Shown here one piece after another: positions 26,686 through 35,572 of a DNA stretch of 40,693 nucleotides. Source of the stretch: Clostridiales bacterium (GTDB lineage Bacteria; Bacillota; Clostridia; Lachnospirales; JAISYE01); the NCBI GenBank assembly GCA_031297485.1, contig JAISYE010000067.1, positions 1 to 40,693 on the forward strand, read 5' to 3'. The position numbers and the translations under genes are program-made. Numbering within the stretch: position 1 is the first letter of the stretch; each line of letters begins with the position of its first letter. Below the pieces are notes generated by a model. That model was not told the DNA's origin and ran no database searches. It saw only the letters and a list, made by a program, of their open reading frames with translations.

Positions 26686-28257
26686 GTGAAAAGATTTTTA
26701 GCGATCCTGCTTGTAGCGGCAACGCTTGCTTCTTTTGCGGCTTGCAGTCAGCAAAACGGTAAGGAGGCGGAATCGCCTGCGAAGTCCGCGTCTGCCGACA
26801 TGGAAACATCACAGGCTGAAACGCCGCAAGAAGAGCTGTATGAAGTGGTAATGGAATACCCGACGCTTGGTCAAACGCCGCGTGATCTTAAACTTGTGGA
26901 AGACAAGGTGAACGAGCGGACTGAGAAAGAAATAGGCGTGCACGTTACATTGTTCCCTGTTTCAGCTATGGAACTCAACAGCCAAACCAACCTTATGATT
27001 TCGACGGGTGAAAAGCTTGACCTTGCCTGTATTTTGTTTGAGGGCGGTATAGGCGGTTATGTTAATAAGGGCGCGTTTTTGGAACTTGACGGACTTGTGG
27101 CCGATTACGGGCAAGACATAGTCCGTGTTGAGGGCATCGCGATGGCAGGCGGTTATTTTAACAATAAGCTGTACGCCATTGTAAACGAATGTTATATGGG
27201 ACAGCAGAATGGCTTTATGGCAAGAAAAACTATAATTGACAAATACGGCATTGAGTACGACCCTAACCACGTATATAATCACGAGGAATTAGGGGCAATT
27301 TTCGCTGAAATAAAAGCGGGCGAGGCCAGTCAGTTTTACTGCATAGCCGGAAACAGCGGAGATGTTTTTACGTCAATGAATGGTATTGATACGTTGGGCG
27401 GTTCAATCGGTTCCGGCGTGCTTATGAATTACGGCAGAGGCTCGACAGCTGTTGTAAACGCGTTTGAAACACCCGAATTTGCCAATGCCTGCGATTATGC
27501 CCGCAAATGGTACAATGCGGGATATTATTCCCCTGACTGCAACACGACGACAGACTCTGTAATAGACCTTTTGCAAACAGGCAATTATTTAGGAGCTTTT
27601 AACAACTGCGTCCCCGGAGTCGTAAGAGACTGGCAAGGTCTGGCCAGAGTAATAGACGGCGACGACGGCGGTTTCCTTCCGTTCTATACTCAGGCTCCGC
27701 ATACGACTATGCAAGTGTTCCAAAATTCTATGTGGGCTGTGCCCATTACTTGCGACAATCCCGAAAAAACTATGCAATGGCTCAACCTGCTTTACGCGGA
27801 CGAGGAAATGACGAATTTGCTGTATTTAGGCATTCAAGGCGTACATTGGAACTTTGCCGAGGGAAGCAAAAGAGTCGTGGAAAGGCCCGCGGATTATGAC
27901 CCGGCGGACCCGCCGTATATGGCGGTATTGGATGTTTGGGGCGACAAGAGCGTGCAGTATGTGCAAGCTCCCGCAGACGAAAGTTATTATACGGACTTGA
28001 AAAACTTTAACGATTCTATAACGGATGAGCATAAATCGGGCGTATTGGGTTACTGCTTTAATACCGAGGTATGCAAAGCGCAATACGTTGCCGTTGCCGA
28101 CGTTGCGGCGCAGTATCAGCCAAGCCTGCTGTACGGTGTTGTTGACCCCGCCAGCGTTTTGCCGGAATTTTTAAGCGCGCTAAAAGCGGCGGGCATAGAC
28201 GAATTAATTAAGGCTAACCAAGAACAGTTAAACGAATGGCTGGCGGAGCAGAAATGA
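26686..28257 (+). CDS. Carbohydrate ABC substrate-binding lipoprotein (DUF3502-type C-terminus)
   Basis: GTG start after AGGAGG; lipobox 'FAAC'; 'NPEKTMQWLNLLY..LYLGIQGVHW', 'LKAAGID..Q.QLNEW'. Confidence 0.9.
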   Translation: MKRFLAILLVAATLASFAACSQQNGKEAESPAKSASADMETSQAETPQEELYEVVMEYPTLGQTPRDLKLVEDKVNERTEKEIGVHVTLFPVSAMELNSQTNLMISTGEKLDLACILFEGGIGGYVNKGAFLELDGLVADYGQDIVRVEGIAMAGGYFNNKLYAIVNECYMGQQNGFMARKTIIDKYGIEYDPNHVYNHEELGAIFAEIKAGEASQFYCIAGNSGDVFTSMNGIDTLGGSIGSGVLMNYGRGSTAVVNAFETPEFANACDYARKWYNAGYYSPDCNTTTDSVIDLLQTGNYLGAFNNCVPGVVRDWQGLARVIDGDDGGFLPFYTQAPHTTMQVFQNSMWAVPITCDNPEKTMQWLNLLYADEEMTNLLYLGIQGVHWNFAEGSKRVVERPADYDPADPPYMAVLDVWGDKSVQYVQAPADESYYTDLKNFNDSITDEHKSGVLGYCFNTEVCKAQYVAVADVAAQYQPSLLYGVVDPASVLPEFLSALKAAGIDELIKANQEQLNEWLAEQK

Positions 28258-28258
28258 T

Positions 28259-29101
28259 ATGAACACACAATTTGCGGCAAAAAAAGAATATGCGGACGCG
28301 CTTCTTGAAATAGCGCGTAATACCGAACCGTTATTGCCCGCAAAGCCGTTAAACTTTATTAAGGTGATGGAAGAGAATAGGGGTAGCATTGATATTTTGC
28401 AATACCCCTATTCTTTCCCCAAAGACGGCTTAGATAGGAAAAACCCGTTAGCGGTGGTTTTAGGCGACAGCGTAACAGCGGGGCATTTTGAGTTTGCCGG
28501 CGACCCCGGAAAGATTTTCGCGCGCTTACAGGCAGGGCAGCTCGGCAAAAACGATGTGATTTCCATTATGGACGCAAGGCAAGGGTATGTTGACCAGTTT
28601 AGGGCCATGCTTATCGGCAAATACGGGCAAACCTGCGTAAGCGTAATAAACTCGGGGCTTGCCGGAGACGTTATTTTAAGTATGGAAAAACGTTTGGACA
28701 GAGACGTAATACGTTATCAACCCGATTTGGTTATTGTAAACGCGTCGTTAAACTGGCCGAAGCAATGCCGCGGCACTGAGACATATAAAGAATCGCTGCT
28801 GCGAACCGTGCAAAGGCTGAAAACGGAAACTGACGCGGACATTATATTGATGACACCCAATATGGTTATGCCTTCCCCGCCGGATATGGATAACCCTTTG
28901 TCCGCACTTGCGGACAGAGTAAATGTAATTAGGGAAGCGGCGGAAAAAGAGAATCTGTGTTTGGCGGATACATACCGTGTGTGGGAGCGGTACGCGCAAA
29001 AAGGGTTCCCTGTTTCCGAACTGCTTGCGAACGGTGTAAACCATCCTTGTGCCGAAGGACATACCGCCTGCGCAATTACATTAATGAAATTGTTTTTATG
29101 A
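28259..29101 (+). CDS. SGNH/GDSL hydrolase family esterase
   Basis: 'VLGDSVT', 'NSGLAG', 'ASLN', 'NGVNHP'. Confidence 0.85.
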   Translation: MNTQFAAKKEYADALLEIARNTEPLLPAKPLNFIKVMEENRGSIDILQYPYSFPKDGLDRKNPLAVVLGDSVTAGHFEFAGDPGKIFARLQAGQLGKNDVISIMDARQGYVDQFRAMLIGKYGQTCVSVINSGLAGDVILSMEKRLDRDVIRYQPDLVIVNASLNWPKQCRGTETYKESLLRTVQRLKTETDADIILMTPNMVMPSPPDMDNPLSALADRVNVIREAAEKENLCLADTYRVWERYAQKGFPVSELLANGVNHPCAEGHTACAITLMKLFL

Positions 29102-29113
29102 GGAGGCCGCGAT

Positions 29114-30046
29114 ATGGAAATAACAGGGGCACGTAAAAAAGCGGTTAAGTGGAAACGGTTTATGCCGTTTTATATAATGGCTCTCCCCGGGGTTGTTTAC
29201 TTATTTTGTAACAACTATTTGCCGATGGCGGGCATTGTTATAGCGTTTAAGCACTTGGATTTCCGTAAAGGAATATTCGGAAGCGAATGGGCGGGGCTTG
29301 ATAACTTCAAGTTTCTTTTCGCGTCTAAAAACGCGTTTGAAATAACAAGAAACACTTTGTTGTATAACGGGCTGTTTCTTGTGCTTGGCACTGTCTTGGC
29401 CATAACGCTCGCGGTATTGATGAATGAAGTCCAAGGCAAAGCCGCGTCAAGGTTATACCAGTGTCTAATATTATTGCCGTTTTTAATAAGTTGGGTTATA
29501 GCAAGTTATTTGGTTAACGCCTTTATCGCGGCGGATACAGGACTTATAAACAACGGCATCCTTAAACCGCTCGGGCAAAAGCCTGTTTCTTGGTACAACT
29601 CGAAACAATACTGGCCTGCAATACTTACCATATGTAATACTTGGAAATCAATCGGCTATGGTATGATTATATACCTAAGCAGTATTATAAGTATAAGCCA
29701 GGATTACTACGAGGCCGCCATAATAGACGGCGCGTCAAAATTCAAGCAAATACGTCTTATTACGCTGCCGCTTATTAAGCCTACCGTCATTACCATGACC
29801 ATCCTTACAGTAGGCAGAATTTTCTATTCTGACTTCGGCTTGTTTTATCAGGTGCCAAAAAACAGCGGCACATTGTACAGTGTTACGCGTACAATTGATG
29901 TGTATGTTTATAACGCTTTGATGAATAACAGTGACTATGGTATGTCGAGCGCGGCAAGTATTTATCAGTCGCTGGTCGGGTTTGTTCTTATTATATCAAC
30001 CAACGCGTTATTGCGTAAACTGAGCAAGGATAACGCTCTGTTTTAG
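29114..30046 (+). CDS. Carbohydrate ABC permease (LplB type)
   Basis: 'YLPMAG..IAFK', 'WAGLDNFKFLF', EAA loop 'YYEAAIIDGA'. Confidence 0.92.
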   Translation: MEITGARKKAVKWKRFMPFYIMALPGVVYLFCNNYLPMAGIVIAFKHLDFRKGIFGSEWAGLDNFKFLFASKNAFEITRNTLLYNGLFLVLGTVLAITLAVLMNEVQGKAASRLYQCLILLPFLISWVIASYLVNAFIAADTGLINNGILKPLGQKPVSWYNSKQYWPAILTICNTWKSIGYGMIIYLSSIISISQDYYEAAIIDGASKFKQIRLITLPLIKPTVITMTILTVGRIFYSDFGLFYQVPKNSGTLYSVTRTIDVYVYNALMNNSDYGMSSAASIYQSLVGFVLIISTNALLRKLSKDNALF

Positions 30047-30058
30047 GGGAGGGGCTAT

Positions 30059-30961
30059 ATGCCGGTTAAAAGTTTTGAAAATGTGACTTGGAAAGCAGCT
30101 GCCCACATAATTTTGTGCGCGTTCGCTCTGGCAGCCGTTATGCCGTTTGTGTTACTGATAGCCGCTTCTTTTACCGATAACAATACGGCGCTTGCGCAAG
30201 GGTTCTCGTTTTTACCGAAGAAATTGAGTTTAGATGCCTATGTCTATATAGTCCGCGAATGGAGGACTATCGGCCGCGCGTACTTTATGACGATACTCGT
30301 CACCGTATCCGGTACGGCCATAAGCCTTATCGTTACTTGTATGTTCGCTTACGCGCTTTCGCAGGGCAATCTGCCGGGAAGAAACCTCTTAACATTTTTG
30401 TGCGTTTTCCCGATGTTATTTAATGGTGGTCTGGTTGCGTCATACTATGTCTGGTCGTCGGTGTTTCAGATAAAAAACACCTTGTGGGCACTAATAATAC
30501 CAAACCTGTTAATGAATACTTTTAACGTAATTTTAATAAAAAACTATTTTCAAAACAGTATCAGCCCAAGTATTTTAGAAGCGGCGCGTATTGACGGCAT
30601 AAGCGAGTTTGGGTTGTTTGTACGTATAGTTATGCCGCTTTCGGTTCCGTTAGTGGCTACTATAGGGCTTATGGGCGCGCTGGCGTATTGGAACGACTGG
30701 ACAAATGGCTTATATTACCTTACGGAACGAGACGGTGGTCAATTTTACACCATACAACTTGTGTTAAACAGCATAAACGAGAATATTAACTTTTTGGCCA
30801 ACAATTCTGAGCTTATGTCGCGGGCTAACATACAAAACCTGCCGTCGACAACAATGCGTATGGCTATCGCCGTGATAGGCATATTGCCAATTTTGGCCGC
30901 TTATCCGTTCTTTCAGCAATATTTTGTAAAAGGCATTACTTTGGGCGGAGTAAAAGAATAA
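30059..30961 (+). CDS. Carbohydrate ABC permease (LplC type)
   Basis: 'MLFNGGLV', 'LEAARIDG', 'YWNDW', 'YPFFQQYFVKGITLGGVKE'. Confidence 0.92.
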   Translation: MPVKSFENVTWKAAAHIILCAFALAAVMPFVLLIAASFTDNNTALAQGFSFLPKKLSLDAYVYIVREWRTIGRAYFMTILVTVSGTAISLIVTCMFAYALSQGNLPGRNLLTFLCVFPMLFNGGLVASYYVWSSVFQIKNTLWALIIPNLLMNTFNVILIKNYFQNSISPSILEAARIDGISEFGLFVRIVMPLSVPLVATIGLMGALAYWNDWTNGLYYLTERDGGQFYTIQLVLNSINENINFLANNSELMSRANIQNLPSTTMRMAIAVIGILPILAAYPFFQQYFVKGITLGGVKE

Positions 30962-30979
30962 ATAAATGGGAGGCTGTGT

Positions 30980-32551
30980 ATGAGGACTTTTGTTGAAAAG
31001 CTGACAAATGCCACACTTACAGGGTATATTCACGGCAAAAGCGGTGAAATGCCCAATGTTGACATTCGCCCTGCCGTTCTTGTTTTCCCGGGCGGCGGCT
31101 ATATGTTTTGTTCCGACCGGGAAGGGGAACCTGTCGCGCTCGCGTATCTTGCGGAGGGATACAACACGTTTGTTCTGCGTTATTCGGTCGGCAAAAACGA
31201 ACCTTGCCAAAAGGCATTTGAGGACGCTAACGAGGCTATCGCCTATTTGCACAATAACGAGGCTGAATTGAATATTGATAAAGATAAAATAGCCGTAATT
31301 GGTTTCTCGGCGGGAGGGCACCTTGCCGCTTGGCTGAGCGTTTCAGGCGCTGTAAGGCCAAACGCCGCTGTACTTGGATATCCGTGCGTTTTGAAAGAAT
31401 GCGGCGATACGCTCGGCAAAGAATTCCCCGAAATTATCGGGAATGTGGACAAAAACACGCCGCCCGCGTTTATCTTCTCGACGCGCAACGATGACGTAGT
31501 GCCTATCGAAAACTCTTTGAAGTATATTAACGCTCTCGCTCAGGCGGGTGTTGGCTTTGAAACGCATATTTACGCGAAGGGAACACACGGGTTGTCGCTT
31601 GCCAAACCTCTTACATCATCTGGCGGAGCCGTTATGGTTAATGAAGATGCGGCGGGTTGGTTTACCCTTAGCGTCAAGTGGTTAAAAGGCATTTGGGGCG
31701 ATTTTCCGGCAGACGGCACACAACCGCCCAATATGAATTGGTTCGTTTCAACCCCATTAAACAAGTATGTTGTGCATATTTGCGACAAAACAGGCGTGGC
31801 GGCTTTCCTTGTAAAGGGCAAAGAACGCGCTTTACTTATAGATACCTGTATGGGTTTAGGGGATATAAAAGCCGAAGTTGAAAACTTAACAAAGCTGCCA
31901 TATGAGGTTGCCTTGACGCACGGACACCTTGACCACGTAGGCGGCGCGGGTTGTTTCAGCAAAGTCTGCGTTAACGGAAACGACGTATTGCTCGCAAAAG
32001 AACACTCCTCATTTGAGATGCGTTACGAGTCGCTTAAGCGCGGAATGCCGCAAGGCGTTGAGCTTCCGGAAAATGTTGTAACGCCGGCATTTAACGGCGA
32101 GTTTTTGCCGCTTAACGACGGTCAAGTGTTCGATTTAGGCGGGGTTATGGTTGAGGCTATCGCTTTACGGGGGCATACGAAAGGGAGTATGTGCTTTTTA
32201 ATACGCGAACAGCGCGCTGTCCTTTACGGTGACGCCTGCAATGTAAACACGCTTATAATGGACGGCAACGCGGAAAATATTTCTGCATACCGCGATAATT
32301 TAATTAAGTTTAAGGAGCGCGACGGGGATTACGACACGGTTTACTATTCGCACGGGCCGGCAATAGGGCCGCGCGGATGCCTCGACGACAACATAGAACT
32401 TTGCGTTAAAATACTTGAAGGCACTGATGACGCCGTACAGACGGAAATTTTCGGGCAAATAATGTTCCGAGCGGCAGCCGCGGATGATAATTACAGGCGT
32501 TTGGACGGCAAGCATGGAAACATTGTTTATAATAAAGCTAATGCTTTTTGA
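30980..32551 (+). CDS. Fusion of alpha/beta-hydrolase (esterase) and metallo-beta-lactamase-fold hydrolase
   Basis: N-half 'PGGGY', 'GFSAGG', 'DDVVP', 'HGLSL'; C-half 'IDT', 'THGHLDH', 'GHTKGS', 'GDA', 'SHG'. Confidence 0.85.
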   Translation: MRTFVEKLTNATLTGYIHGKSGEMPNVDIRPAVLVFPGGGYMFCSDREGEPVALAYLAEGYNTFVLRYSVGKNEPCQKAFEDANEAIAYLHNNEAELNIDKDKIAVIGFSAGGHLAAWLSVSGAVRPNAAVLGYPCVLKECGDTLGKEFPEIIGNVDKNTPPAFIFSTRNDDVVPIENSLKYINALAQAGVGFETHIYAKGTHGLSLAKPLTSSGGAVMVNEDAAGWFTLSVKWLKGIWGDFPADGTQPPNMNWFVSTPLNKYVVHICDKTGVAAFLVKGKERALLIDTCMGLGDIKAEVENLTKLPYEVALTHGHLDHVGGAGCFSKVCVNGNDVLLAKEHSSFEMRYESLKRGMPQGVELPENVVTPAFNGEFLPLNDGQVFDLGGVMVEAIALRGHTKGSMCFLIREQRAVLYGDACNVNTLIMDGNAENISAYRDNLIKFKERDGDYDTVYYSHGPAIGPRGCLDDNIELCVKILEGTDDAVQTEIFGQIMFRAAAADDNYRRLDGKHGNIVYNKANAF

Positions 32552-32563
32552 CGAAGGTGTGAT

Positions 32564-35383
32564 ATGTACAACAGATTGCTCGACGTATTAGAAAATAAAA
32601 GTAAAAACTATATTCTGCCGTTTTTTTGGCAACACGGCGAAGACGAAAAGATTTTGCGCGAATATATGCAAGTTATTCACAACGCCAATATAGGCGCGGT
32701 GTGCGTCGAGAGCCGCCCTCATCCGGATTTTTGCGGTGAAAAATGGTGGACGGATATGGACGCCATTTTGGACGAGGCCGCACGGCTGAATATGAAAGTG
32801 TGGATACTTGACGATTCGCACTTTCCGACAGGCTATGCGAACGGGTCAATGGAAAACGTCCCGAAAGAGCTGCGTCACCAATATTTGGACTATAATACGC
32901 TTAACGTATGCGGTCCCAAGCCCGCCGTGGAAATTGACGTAAACGCATTAATCCACCCAAGACCAGCGCCGCCTTGGCTTCCGCCCCCGCCGCCTAAGCG
33001 CGTGTTTAACGACGACAAACTCTTTAAGGTTTTGGCGGCTGAATATGTTGGGGATAAACTTGGCGAAAGCATTGATTTAACAGAGTTTGCGGCGGACGGA
33101 CGGCTTGTGTGGAATGTCCCCAAAGGTTATTGGCGCATATTTATCGTTTATCTTACGCGCGACGCGAACGGGCGTAATGATTACATTAACTTTTTGGACG
33201 AAAGATCTTGCCGTGTACTTATAGACGCGGTGTACGAAACGCATTACGAGCGTTATAAAAACCTTTTCGGCAGCGTTATAGCCGGATTTTTCAGCGACGA
33301 ACCACCTATAGGCAACAGCCCGGGATATACGCGCAACAACCGTATAGGAGACTTAATGCCTTTGCCCTGGTCTGCCGCCATGCCTGACAAATTTTCGGAA
33401 GAATATGGCGCGGGCTGGAAGAAGCAGGTTATTTACTTGTGGGAACAAGGTGTTGACGAAGAGGAAACAGCGCGTATAAGAAGCGCGTATATGCACAGCG
33501 TAAGTAAACTTGTTGAAAATTGCTTTTCCGGGCAAATAGGGCGCTGGTGTGAGGAACACGGCGTTCTGTATATCGGGCATATGCTTGAAGACTGCGATGC
33601 GAACGCCGACTTGGGGCCGTCTATGGGGCATTTTTTCCGCGGGCTTAAAGGCCAGCATATGGCGGGAATAGACAACATAGGCGGGCAGGTGGTTATTGGC
33701 GGTCAAAACTCGCCGCGTTTTCCCGCGCAGGGCGGTTTTGATGTTGCGGGATTTTACCATTATCTGTTGGGGCGTTTAGGCGCGTCAATGGCGGCTATTG
33801 ACGCTAATAAGCAAGGGCGCTGTTTGTGTGAAAACTTTGGCGCGTATGGATGGCAAACCGGTGTTTCAACCATGAAGTACCTAACCGACCATTTTCTTGT
33901 ACGCGGCGTAAATAGGTATGTTCCTCATGCCTTTTCGCCGAAAAAGTTCCCCGACCCAGACTGCCCCCCGCATTTTTACGCGCGCGGCGAAAACCCTCAA
34001 TATAAAGCGTTCGCCGCCCTTATGGCTTACACGAACCGGGTTTGCCACTTAATCGACGGCGGTAAGCCTATAACGCCTGCCGCTGTGCTTTACCACGGCG
34101 AAAGCCGTTGGGCGGGCGCTTATCAAAGCAATATAGAAGTGTGCAAAATTTTGACGAGAAATCAAATAGGCTTCACGGTCATACCTGCCGATGTATTTGG
34201 CCGGACTTCCAGTGAATATGGCACCGCTTTATCAGCCGATGGCAAGACTTTAACTATAAACGGCGTGGCTTTTTCGGCGTTGATTATTTCGGAATGTGAT
34301 TACATGCCATACCAAGCGGCTTTGTTTGCCGAACGCGCTTTATCTTGCGGGTTCCCTCTTTTCTTCACAGGGAAATTACCCAAAGGTGTCTGCGACGCGG
34401 AAAAAGCCGAAAGCAAGCGTTTAATGGCTTTACTCGGGGCCCGCGCCGTCCCCGTCCCTGCGGTTGATATACCCAACGCGCTTGCGCCATATGTTAAGCG
34501 CGACGTAATTATAAATGGCGGCAGTTTTCAGAACTTAACGGCATACCGCTATAAAAATACTGAAAATGGCGCGCCGGAGGTTCCGGACTCGCTAGTATAT
34601 TTGTTATTGAACGAAGACCCGTGCGAAACATTCGGGGGCGGGACTTCCGGTGCGGCGCAAATCGCGCTTGAGGGCGCGGCGGAAATGGAAGTTTACAAAT
34701 ACGACGCGTGGAATAATCAGCTTTTTGAAGTGCCAAGCAAAACCGTAAGTTCCGGCTGCGGCAGATGGATTGACATTACGCTTGAGCCGCTTGAAATGGC
34801 CATTTTCGTTTGTCAGGCTGAAAAGATTCCCTCAAGGCGGCAAAGTAAAGTCCGCGAAAGCCTTGAACTTGACGGTTTTACGGTTTCTTGCGCGGCGGCC
34901 GGCAAGTATCCGTCATTCGACAGAGAACCCGGCGAACAAGGGCGGCGTGAAGCGCCGTTTTCGCGAAGCGCCGTTTTCGCGAAGCGAAAATTCCGAAGAG
35001 TTGGCGTGCCCGACTTTATAAATGGCATGGGACTGATACTTAAAGATTTTACCGGTTTTATACGTTACGAAACAACGTTTGAAGCGCAACCCGGTTTTAT
35101 TGTGGATGATAGATATAAAAACGATGTATTTTTATGCCTTGAACAAGTATACGACACCGCCGAAATCTATGTGAACGGTAAAAGTGTTGGGAGCATTGTA
35201 TGTAAGCCGTACAAAATTAACATAGGCGGCTACTTGAATAATGGAACCAATTCTATTATAATAGAGGTAGCCACGACGCTTGAACGTAAAGTGATTGCCA
35301 TGGGCCTTGACGTTGCGTGTATGAATATACCCGCGCCGGTTTCGCCTATAGGTATAGTAGGGAGGGTGAGACTTGAAAAATGA
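32564..35383 (+). CDS. Large glycoside hydrolase (GH106-like catalytic region with C-terminal GH2-type sugar-binding domain)
   Basis: 'YILPFFWQHGE', 'ESRPHPDF', 'WILDDSHFPTG', 'GFFSDEP', 'ENFGAYGW', 'VPHAF', 'AEIYVNG..PY'. Confidence 0.8.
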   Translation: MYNRLLDVLENKSKNYILPFFWQHGEDEKILREYMQVIHNANIGAVCVESRPHPDFCGEKWWTDMDAILDEAARLNMKVWILDDSHFPTGYANGSMENVPKELRHQYLDYNTLNVCGPKPAVEIDVNALIHPRPAPPWLPPPPPKRVFNDDKLFKVLAAEYVGDKLGESIDLTEFAADGRLVWNVPKGYWRIFIVYLTRDANGRNDYINFLDERSCRVLIDAVYETHYERYKNLFGSVIAGFFSDEPPIGNSPGYTRNNRIGDLMPLPWSAAMPDKFSEEYGAGWKKQVIYLWEQGVDEEETARIRSAYMHSVSKLVENCFSGQIGRWCEEHGVLYIGHMLEDCDANADLGPSMGHFFRGLKGQHMAGIDNIGGQVVIGGQNSPRFPAQGGFDVAGFYHYLLGRLGASMAAIDANKQGRCLCENFGAYGWQTGVSTMKYLTDHFLVRGVNRYVPHAFSPKKFPDPDCPPHFYARGENPQYKAFAALMAYTNRVCHLIDGGKPITPAAVLYHGESRWAGAYQSNIEVCKILTRNQIGFTVIPADVFGRTSSEYGTALSADGKTLTINGVAFSALIISECDYMPYQAALFAERALSCGFPLFFTGKLPKGVCDAEKAESKRLMALLGARAVPVPAVDIPNALAPYVKRDVIINGGSFQNLTAYRYKNTENGAPEVPDSLVYLLLNEDPCETFGGGTSGAAQIALEGAAEMEVYKYDAWNNQLFEVPSKTVSSGCGRWIDITLEPLEMAIFVCQAEKIPSRRQSKVRESLELDGFTVSCAAAGKYPSFDREPGEQGRREAPFSRSAVFAKRKFRRVGVPDFINGMGLILKDFTGFIRYETTFEAQPGFIVDDRYKNDVFLCLEQVYDTAEIYVNGKSVGSIVCKPYKINIGGYLNNGTNSIIIEVATTLERKVIAMGLDVACMNIPAPVSPIGIVGRVRLEK
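34922..34996 (+). mobile_element. 75-bp family C element inserted in frame in the glycoside hydrolase
   Basis: 59-bp unit (2 mismatches vs 11571-11629) plus a 16-bp tandem duplication ccgttttcgcgaagcg; codon-aligned; encodes REPGEQGRREAPFSRSAVFAKRKFR. Confidence 0.9.
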
Positions 35384-35385
35384 GC

Positions 35386-35526
35386 CCGGAATTTTCGCTT
35401 TGCGAAAACGCGGCCCGCAGAGGTTGGTCCGTCTTCGCCGCAACGGAGAACCTAACGGTGAATTGTCCGTTGCGGTGAATTGTCCGTTGCGGTGAATTGT
35501 CCGTTGGTTTTGTCCGTCGGGTTCTT
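35386..35526 (-). mobile_element. Family C element containing three tandem 17-mers
   Basis: Ends ccggaattttcgc / cgggttctt; cggtgaattgtccgttg three times at 35456-35506. Confidence 0.75.
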
Positions 35527-35572
35527 GGGCGTTCGGGGTAAAGAAATAATACAACAGATGGGAAAATGATAT

